A DNA stretch of 64,000 bases from Epithemia pelagica (lineage: Eukaryota; Protista; Bacillariophyta), in contig OX337231.1 of the NCBI GenBank assembly GCA_946965045.2, forward strand, positions 2,728,001-2,792,000. The letters run 5' to 3'. Both the position numbers and the translations under genes were made by a program. Each line of letters opens with the position of its first letter. The stretch's first letter is position 1. Of this stretch, positions 52,642 to 62,134 are shown piece after piece. The notes beneath the pieces were generated by a model. The model had not been told where the DNA came from. It saw only the letters and a program-made list of their open reading frames with translations, and did not search any database.

Positions 52642-55600
52642 TCATTGTCCGTCACCTTTGACAGGTTCATCGGCGAACTGTGAAGCAGTCGAGGGTGTTC
52701 CAAACATAGCACTCCAAAGTCCGCTTCCACCAGTTTTCGCAGCCTCGGCGCCATTGCTGGGGTCCTCAGTCGTTCCAACATTGTCTTCCGTGTCCGGCGG
52801 AACTCCTTGCTCTTCCGTTTCACCGTTATCTGGGTTGTCGTGAGATCCGTCTGGTGACGTATCTTCTTCGTTAACATCTTCACCATCGACTAGAGCAGTT
52901 TCTGGAGGCAGAACTTTACTGTCAATCCTATCATTCATTCCATCAAGTTTCTGGAGGCAGAACTTTACTGTCAATCCTATCATTCATTCCATCAAGTTTC
53001 TGGAGGCAGAACTTTACTGTCAATCCTATCATTCATTCCATCAATCTTTTCCAACATCTTCACATATTCCTCGTTGCTGGGGTATAGCAGAAGAGCTCGC
53101 TTGACTGATCGGTTACTTAATGCCGCCATTCCACCGGATGATATCAAATAGAAGTGACCACAAATGACAATGAACGCACCCCATAGAGTCGCACTCATGT
53201 CCTTACTGGCCCATTCATTGCAAAACTTCTGGAATTCCCCTCCGCACCTGATCTCATCCAATCCTAAGGCGTCAAAGCGAAGACAGATTCCGTCCAACGA
53301 GCCAATGACATCATCGCAGATTTGTCCAAACGCGTAGGCGAAACCAACGTTGAAAACAGCCACAATGACCATGACAACGGCCAGGATAAGACTCACAAGA
53401 AGCAAGGCAAAACTAACGAGGAAGAATACATCGACGACTTCCGCGCTGTATACAATGCGCTTCTCAAAAGGATCAAACCGATTCCTTTGTTCTGTTTCGC
53501 CGACAATATCGAAGTAAGTCACATTGATGCGTCGCCAAAGATCTTCAGTTCGAAGCCAAAGAATAATCAACAACATCGAATCAATGACCAGAATGAAGAT
53601 GCCCAAAGCCAAAAAGATGACCTCGATAGCGCTGAAGTTAATTCCAGAGAAGGTTTCTTCCAGCAAATCAGTCAGAGCCGAGTATCCAACGAAAAACAAA
53701 AGCGCACCAATGAAAGTGACCACATATGCCCCAGAGTAGATCCACGCATGAAGAAAAACCCATTGTCTTGTCTCTTTGTTGGGTTGAATATACCGCCCGT
53801 CCTCGTCAGTCAAAAGGACAGGACGTACGTCTTCATTCCGCTTTCGGAGGAAGTAGATGACATTAAAGATAGTGAAGAACACGCACATCATAAGAATACC
53901 AATGATATTCTTCGTCAACGGGAGAATGTCGACGTCAGTAGAAAAGAGGTCTTCATTCGGAGGTTTCGACAGTCTCTCACAATAAACTTCAGCGGTATAA
54001 TTTGTCTCAACTGTGGGAAGACCCCAGAGCGGAGCATTACCAGGGACGCGCAATTGCCAATAGAAAGATCTGGTGGCCGGACCTGTCGGGCCAGTAAACG
54101 TATCCGCAAACATTCTGCGGAAAGCGGTTCGTACATCCCGCGCCGCTGATCACAAAATTAAAGAACTTTGGTCAGCCTTTCTCATTTCTTAAATGCCAAC
54201 ACTATGCTATGGCTGAAATGAACTTACATGCAATCACCGAGTCAACAGAGTCTTCCACACCAAGCATTTGCATCACCCACCAAAACACAGGATTTTCCTC
54301 GTGCGTGGGACAATCCGCGTCGTCCATATCAGTTGTTGCATTCTCATCGTCCGTTGTATTTCCAAAACATTCTGGCTCGTCTCCATTTACCTCATGACCC
54401 GTATCTTGCGAACTTCCCCAGTTCCCTCCGAAGGCTGGCCAGTATGTGTCATCTGTAACATTATCAGGAATGCTTTCTTGTTCTGGGATGCGGATCACAT
54501 TGGTTGAGTTGGGTGCATAGTACCGAAAGTTTCCTTTCTTATCTTTGAAGGAAGTTCGATCCACAACCAACACTCCCTGAAGATTGAGGAAGAATTCCAA
54601 TGGCCAGACTTCCGCATAAACAATCTCACTGGCCGAAAATGGGTAGACAACATGGCTATCAAGAGTGACAAAGCCAACAGGATTTGTAGGACTGTCTCGA
54701 TGAAACGTGCATTCACCCTGAGTGCAATCAAGAACCTGACCATGACCATGCTGCCTGTACGTTAACGAAAGTGGCTGGCTCGGTGTCGAATGCTTGCACA
54801 CGGTGACACTCATTGATTCTGACGTATTGGGTAAGAAGTTGAGAACAGCACCAGCACAATCAGTGTTTAAGCGTGTAACGTCACTTACCCCAGTCGCCTT
54901 CGTGTACACCAAACGGAGGAAGCCGGAATCGGAAATACTGACCAACTCTGAACAAGCTCGTTACAATCCCTATGCTCGCTGGTCCATTCCAAGTATAGTA
55001 CATGAAATAATTGAAGGTCAGTGTCCCATTGCCGGAATCGAAAGCACGATAGTAAATTGGGGCCCTTGATATACCGTTCGAGTCAAATCCATCTCCTTTC
55101 TTGTATTCGTTGTCAAGTAAGCCTCCAAGATCGTGTTCAAAGTAAAATCGGTGTGAGTGCATAACATAGTCGACGTCTCGGGTAGTTTTAAGCAGGGATT
55201 CTTGACGCAATTCCTTATCGAACAATTCGACACCATTGAGTTTATAATAAATTCGACCCTGTGACGGCTGTCAAAAGAATTGAAGAGGCGGACATTTCTG
55301 TGAGAGAGCCACACAATTTCGTTTCAATAACGACAATATGACCTTACATCACCAAAGGTTCTTTCCACAGAGCTCATTGTCCATTTTTCACGAGGATGGA
55401 AGTAGAGAAAGGGAGCATAAGCCTGCGCTAGTTGTTGTATAGCATCATCATCATCAAGCAAAATATCATCCGTTTCACATAGACCATCCGTTGGTTCAAA
55501 GAGGAGGGAGGTGTTCTGGTATGGGGGGATACTGCAGAATGGAGCATCCTCGTCCTCTGGTACGAACTGCTTGTTATCATCGCTGGCGAACTGGTTTTCT

Positions 55601-55692
55601 CCTGAACACCTCACCAGGAAAGAAAGGAGCAACAAGCTACTTGCAACAACACAAGGCCTATCCATGAGGATAGAACCGCAACTTCGCTTCAT
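52642..55692 (-). CDS. Signal peptide - Vps62-like domain - multi-pass membrane domain; C-terminus frameshifted by a 49-bp triplication
   Basis: Four exons joined in frame by introns 55268-55347, 54819-54888 and 54146-54227. Vps62-type motifs YAPFLYFHPREKW, FMYYTWNG, GVHEGDWE and WPAFGGNWG, followed by five or more hydrophobic segments. Confidence 0.7.
52897..53043. repeat. Perfect 49-bp tandem repeat, 3 copies, inside a coding exon
   Basis: AGTTTCTGGAGGCAGAACTTTACTGTCAATCCTATCATTCATTCCATCA starts at 52897, 52946 and 52995. Confidence 0.97.
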
Positions 55693-55967
55693 GATCTTTT
55701 TCTCAAACGATCAATGACAGATAATTGCTGTGCGTAAAAGTCAAATCTTGATCTCAGGGTAAAAATGGGGCTTTGTGAGCCAAAAGCGGGAAAGCATAAA
55801 GGTTCGAATTTAATACCCCCTTGCCCCTATCAACTATAGGCACTTTCAACCACCAACAGCAACTTCCGGTAACTACCCGTGAGTCCCATATCCGCTAGCA
55901 ATACCCAGAGGACAAGACCAAGAACTTCTTCGACAAAGGATCGATATTAATACAAAACACGTATTAT

Positions 55968-56297
55968 GAAACCATAGAGTATGGTTTCCCATTCTCTAGT
56001 ATGGAACAAACGGGAATGTCGTGAGGGATGTCGTTTGATGTCGTGAGGGATGTCGTTTGATGTCGTTTTATGTTGTTTGATGTCGTTTCGGGCTCGCGCG
56101 GAAACATGGTTTGGGTCAAAATCAAGCGGTGCTCATTCAGTTGATTCAGCGATGGGCCTAGCGTCAATCAGTCGCTTGTTTTCTGTTGAAGAATACCAAC
56201 TGCTAGAGAGTAGAGCTTCTTTTGGCGATATAACAACAAACGACATCAAACGACATCAAACGACATCAAAAGACATCAAACGACATCAAAAGACATC
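55968..56297. repeat. Foldback structure: 9-bp hairpin plus two inverted arrays of a 10-bp unit
   Basis: Hairpin GAAACCATA-GAG-TATGGTTTC (55968-55988). About 7 GATGTCGTTT-type units lie at 56016-56088 and 6 AAACGACATC-type units at 56238-56297, with a 149-bp spacer. Confidence 0.9.
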
Positions 56298-56950
56298 TAC
56301 AATGTCCCCCGACATCCGTGACTCGGGATGCATGCCTCATATCGAAAGAATCTGCATCTAATATGATCATATCAGAGCTATTGGTGTGTGATAACGCAAT
56401 ATGAAAACGGTTGTTTTATCGTGACGATACTCTGAGAAGTAGAAAGATTTCGTACGTTTTGAGTCCATTACCGGAAGTTGCAGAACATCTTTCTTGAGAG
56501 AACTTCACATGCGAGAGTGGCATGGGGGCAATATAATGATACGCTGAGATGTAATAGCATGTAGTGCTTAGTAACATGCTATTATTGTAAGGGGAACTCC
56601 TTCCCAGCGGAGCGGTCATCAGGCACATCAAAGGTGCACCCGAATTCCAAGATCGACGCCGACTTGCTGCTGTCGAAGCAAAGACGACTCTCACCCACCG
56701 CAGAGCGAGTCAAGTACCAAGCGACCGAGCCCTTATGCAAGCACAAGTCGGCGAGCGGGGCGAACCACCACTATTTGCCATCTGTCCCTCAAGTCACTTG
56801 CCAAAGTGCTAGAGTTCCAGAACTCAATCATCCCGATCCTTTCCACCACTCCAACAGTAGGATCGTTAACGACAGACAAAAGTGGATGGTCCACTATTAT
56901 CCTTCTCCCCCACCTTACGTTTCCTTCTTGATATAGAATTTTGAAAGTCT

Positions 56951-59539
56951 TCACAGAGCTTGAGAGAACTGCAGTCATGTCTCTAACGCGGCCACAACGT
57001 CCGTGTAGAGATCGATCATGTTCGCATGAGCGAAGCGCGCTCCAGCAGACTCCTGGGTCCTCCAACGGTTGTTCAAGTCAACCACGTTCTTGGGTATTTT
57101 CTTGTTTCGGGCTTGAGTAGTTGATCCTCGTCGAATGGACCTCCGAACACTGAATTTGGTTATATCTTCTGTGTTCTCTCCTAACAAATCAGGTCGTTGG
57201 TCTTGTAAATCTGTCATGGCTGAGTGCAACCATACATCGAGTTGGCGTATTGTGATGGCCCGCTCACTCGTGGGGTGATGACGGAACAGAGGTCCTACGG
57301 TGGTCCCAGCAGCTTCGTATTGCAGTAGCAACTCCACCAGCCATGTCACGTTGCTAATTCCTGATGCCGTGACTGGGACGAGAGGAATCTTGTGTTTCTG
57401 TCGGACATTGACTCCTTTGAATCTTCCTTCCAAAGCGAGCAACACATGTCGGCGTTTCGGGTGCTTGAGACCTTGTACAGTGTGAATCAGTGTATCGTTC
57501 AATCTGACATGCCCCAATTCTTCTCCTCGTAGTCCACTGGAGAAACCCAGCGTCAACACCGCTCCCAAGACACATATTTGAAATTGTTCTTTCTCGTCTC
57601 GCGCCTCTTTCGCCGATTCCAACTTGATTTTCAACAATTCTTGTAGCGCAAGGAGTACATCGATTGACAACGCGGGGTCTTGCAACTTCACATCACCCAT
57701 GCGTTCATGACAGCCGTCCATGAATCGTTTAAACCATAAGGAGTTACTTGAACTTTCTGTAATCCTCGTGGATTTGCGGCCGTCACTTAGAACCGCCCCG
57801 CTTAATCCCAATGGGGTGGTGTGAACAAAGTTGGAGTAAGCCGTACGGATTCCACACATCGTATCCCATTGCACGGTCTTGGAATTACGTCCCGAATCCA
57901 ATGATCGCTGTAACGACGCCACAGCAGGGATCATTCCAAACGAATCTGTTACCGGGAAGGGGCCGCGGACGAATACATCGGATGGAGAGTCGATCCTCAG
58001 TTGATGTAGAATCGTCATCAATTTATTGACTTGTCTCAAATTGCCTTGGACAGTACTTGGTCGTCGTGCCCAGAAAGCATCCAGATTTGCCCGTATGATG
58101 CATTGAATAAGCCACTTGTCCTGTGCCGAGGTCATATCCGGATTGCGTTTGCAGATGTTTCTGAAATGGCACAATTCACACTGAAACGGAGTAATGAAAT
58201 GATCTCCCGCTCTTGCCTCGCAATACAACTTCTTTAAATCTGCCGTCTCTGCTTCAGTCGTTTCCCATCCTTCCGCTTCCTCCACAAGAGTCCCTTCGGC
58301 GTTTTGCTCCATGAGACGAGGTTGAAGGTTGCGGGGAAAGGGATCGACGGTCCATGGTACAACGTAACATGGACCGTGAAATGCCGCTCGACAAGGAGTC
58401 CAGTGACCTCGAGTATGCCCAAAATTGGCGCATACTATCCCTTGCGTGTGACATAGGCTGCCTGTGCATCGAGCGCAGGTCATTTCTTCTTTCGACCAAA
58501 AATTTTGTGAATTTACTCGCCACGGCCGACTGTTGAGCAACGGGAAAACGAACGCAAGCGTTAGTGGCTCATGCTCAGATTCTTTAGGCCAACAATCCGC
58601 ACTGAACGGCATAACGCAAAACAAATCACAAGTTTTTGTTAGCATCCGCCGCCAACGGCCACTCAACAAGGAAGGAGTTAACAACACGTGAGTGTTCCAT
58701 GGGCGAAGGTGCCAGGCTTCCGCAATTAGAAACACAGCCACCTCAGCAATGCAAGGTGGAGGTGTCCATATGAACGTGCCGTCTGTTCTTTGAGGTCTCG
58801 AAAACCATTCCTGAGGTTCCAGCGAAACTATATCCGGTGCGTCGCCAAGAATCTGATTTAGCAGTTCCGAGATTACACGGGGCTGTCGTTCTTGCGCTGT
58901 CTTGTGCAACGGTACAAAGTCCAGCATAGCTTCACCTCTCATGACCCCACTTGTCAGGTCAGATCTTGAAAGCCCGTCAGTGCCTTGGACGATCATCCGC
59001 TTGCCCGCGACCCACACCACATGGATAAACACGTCGCCATGCATGAGAATTTTATGAAGTCGTAGCATGAGACGCAGCACTTCCGGGGACTTCGCCGTTC
59101 CGCGATAAAAAGCAGATTCGGCATGCATGTTGTCCGTGAAAATAAATGTTTCGCTGAGACCATTCAACTTTCCTTCAGCGAACATCTGTTCGACTTTCAT
59201 CACGATATTTGCGAGTTCGCGGAAATTTGAGGAAGTCTTCGCCATTTTGTTTTGGTCCCAAGAGCCGAAGTCAACTTCTATCAAATCGTCTCCTGGCGTC
59301 CAGCCAGACATCCCAAAGCCGGCTCCCGACGCATCTCCAAAATAATAGCGAGCGATCGCCCCTTCTTTGATGGGGCGCAAAGTTCTTTTGGGAGGGCGTT
59401 CATCCTTGGTCAGAGCTTCGAGTGCTGCCACATCCAGCTCCATTCGCGGAACCATTTTGACTCGATTCGGAGGTCTGTCATTACCAGACTCAGTGGTTTC
59501 CCCCAACGACTCCGAGCCCATCTTCCAGCCCTCTTCATC
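56951..59539 (-). pseudogene. RNase H - MT-like - Cys-rich - tyrosine recombinase region
   Basis: RNase H YFGDASGAGFG, SSNFREL, IFTDN and QGTDGLSR; MT-like FIWTPPPC...TPSLLSGRW; YR GFSSGLRGEE, RRSIRRGSTTQA, NRWR and LYTD. The TGA at 56975 is followed by LQFSQAL and a TGA at 56951. Confidence 0.85.
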
Positions 59540-62134
59540 TCAATCTGGGCGCCAACTATTCATGGATGCGTATACCCCATTCAGGTAAATACGCATGACA
59601 TGATAGGCCCGTCCGATATGGTTGAGATATCCAGCCACTTGCTCCAGGACCTTGGTCGTGATGGTCCCTACAGGTGTGGCCGTTCCACGGCCATCGATCT
59701 CTTCTCGAAGTCGCTGAATTTCCTGTTTCGTTTTGTCCCACTTTTCTTGTGTGACGGCCATGTAAGGCCGCGTGGGATATGTTCCACAGACCACACCAGC
59801 CCATGCTCCTGGTTGTTGAGTCTGTTCTCGCCGCTTTCTGGCCGCATCTTGAACTCCGTAAAAGGATGCCGTTTTTGCAATTCGCGAACTCACTTGCCAA
59901 GCGTCCTCTGCAGATACGCCTGTACCGCGAAGGTCGTCTACGTAATCGTGAGCATCAGCTGCTAGCACGCCATCTTTTCTGACTTTAGAAATCCACGGTG
60001 TCCCGGGCTGATATTCAATGGAGCCGGGTAGATTCAAATGGACTTTCTCCCAACGAAACACGTTTTCCTGATCGTGCGGGTTGCCCAACATCACTTGTTT
60101 TAAGCGACGAGTTTGTTGCACCATGTTAAACGGTGACGGGCTTTGCCCCACAGGGCAGCGTCGCCAACCTTCAATTTGTAGTTCTCCGTTCTTGTTCTTG
60201 CCTAGAATGGGGGTGAGATCCATTCCGCTGTAGGCTTGGAGATCTGGGTGTAGCCAAAAATTAAGGAACATCTCTCCATAATCGTTGTCTACACACCAGA
60301 ATTCTTCATCCAAAGTACAAATCAAGACATCGGCATCTGGCAACGGAAACCAAGGTGCGTAGAGACAGGCGTTTAGCCCGCTCTTGGTTCCATCGTATAC
60401 CATTCGAATATCCGACTCACCCTTCGGGACGGCGAAATAATTCATTGTCGCCAACCATTCTCCGTCACCCACATAACCTTTGTTTCGTACGTCGGCTAAT
60501 TTTTCCTCGATCTTAGCGATCATACTTTCGTCGCCCAAACCTTGCTGACGTTCAATGATTTGCTTGGGCATTCCGGTCCATAAGGGAGGGACGCCGATCG
60601 CTAGGTCCGAAAGGTACTCTTCTGGCCATCTCCAAAAGAAAACTCCGGAACCATGAGGCCATCCCCATAAAGTCGCTTTCATCGCTTGACAACATGCTTG
60701 TTTGCCTCGCTGGTGAACAAGCGACCACCACTTGGGTTCATTTGTTTTTATATTGTTTGAAAACCGGTTCCACCATGCAGACCAAGACTTGCGCACATTT
60801 CTTTTCCATCGGACAAGCATGACCTCTCGAAGGCAATCGAACGCTTTTAAATGTTTTGGGGCGAGTTCGGTGAGGCCCAAGAGATGACGGATACGATCGT
60901 TCCAAAGTTCAATAGGTACGGCTGCTTTGTCATGCTTCACCGCCTTTTCTGTACTTGTATCCACCGTCGTCATTCTCACGTAGTCCTTCATTCGACCCGC
61001 CAGCCCTGTCGATTCGGAGATTGGCGTCGCGCCGCCCATGCGCTCGATGGTGTTTGCTGCATGATCTTGGACTACCAGGTTTTCTCTTTGCTCTCTCATT
61101 TGTGCGTCTCCTGCTTGCGATGATTCCTGAATTGCTTGCTCCGTTTCATTAAACGACCGTTTCGACCAGACAGAAATGCATGTACCAATGGCTGCCCCAA
61201 CCTTGACAGGAAGGGTGAGACCGCGGGCAACACACTCTTGAGTGGTGTCATTAAGCTGTTTTAAAATAACGGCAGGAATATCAAGGCAGGAACAAACTTC
61301 GTCGGGTCCCAGTACGCGGTAGACGGTTGCATCTTTCCCGAAGACCGAGGGTAATAGTCTTCTTCTTCTTCTTTCTCGCTGCAAAGATGTGATTTCGACT
61401 TGCTCCGCCTCTTGGACTGATACCGTAGTGCCTGGTTTCGACCGTTTACCCGGTCGCGTCTTGTGTATAAGATCGAAGAATCGACTTGGAGCTCCTACGA
61501 ACAACTCTGGGCGAAAAAATGACGATGGTTGTGCCGCAGTTGAGCGATGCCAGGTGTGGATAAAACCAGACCATGTGGTAACACCTCCAAGTTCCTTGTG
61601 ATGAAATTGTCTGCTTTGTGCTTCCCAACCTGCGGGCGCGTCCCCTCGTATAGACCGTTGGGATACCACTAACTGCAAATTGATGTCTGGCCACAGACGC
61701 GATACTCCTTTTGGAGGTCTTGCTTTGTCCTCGAATATCAGAACTTGGGGAGGTAGCCGGCTCATTTGCTGTAGCACTTGTTCCTCCATGCCCTTGTTTT
61801 CGTCGTACCATTGCACCTCCACACCTGTGGTAACCAGATGTTGCCAGTGGCTCTGAGAGCAAGGTAGCATGATCCACCTCAGTTTGCAGTTGGTTAAATT
61901 GTCAGAGAGAAAGACCCATGGAGAGATGCCGAATGTCACTACACCCAAGATGAGTTGTCCTTCCCTCAAAGACACAAGACGACGAATCCATGCAGAGTAC
62001 GCTTCACGATTCAAGTCAAGTTGATGATCATTAGACGTCGAGTTGAAACTAGCTGAGAGATCCTGATGCAGTTCATATGCCTCGTCCTTCTCACTTCTCG
62101 TCTCGACCTCTGGCTCGACGCTCGATGTGTTCCC
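59540..62134 (-). pseudogene. Reverse transcriptase region of the YR element
   Basis: YFAVPKGESDIRMVYDGT, DNDYGEMFLNF, CPVGQSPSPF and YVDDLR. Bounded by in-frame TGA codons at 62135 and 59540; the second splits WRPD*DEEGW. Confidence 0.9.

Noticed and set aside
56552-56630. Hammerhead ribozyme on the minus strand (CTGATGA at 56616-56622, nearby 11-bp hairpin 56552-56584)
   Set aside because: The core has GAAG instead of GAAA, stem II is poor, and stem I/III geometry does not fit.
59540-59542. Selenocysteine or genome-wide UGA reassignment explaining internal TGAs
   Set aside because: The motif context calls for Arg rather than Cys or Trp, host genes in the window use TGA as a normal stop, and no SECIS was recognised.
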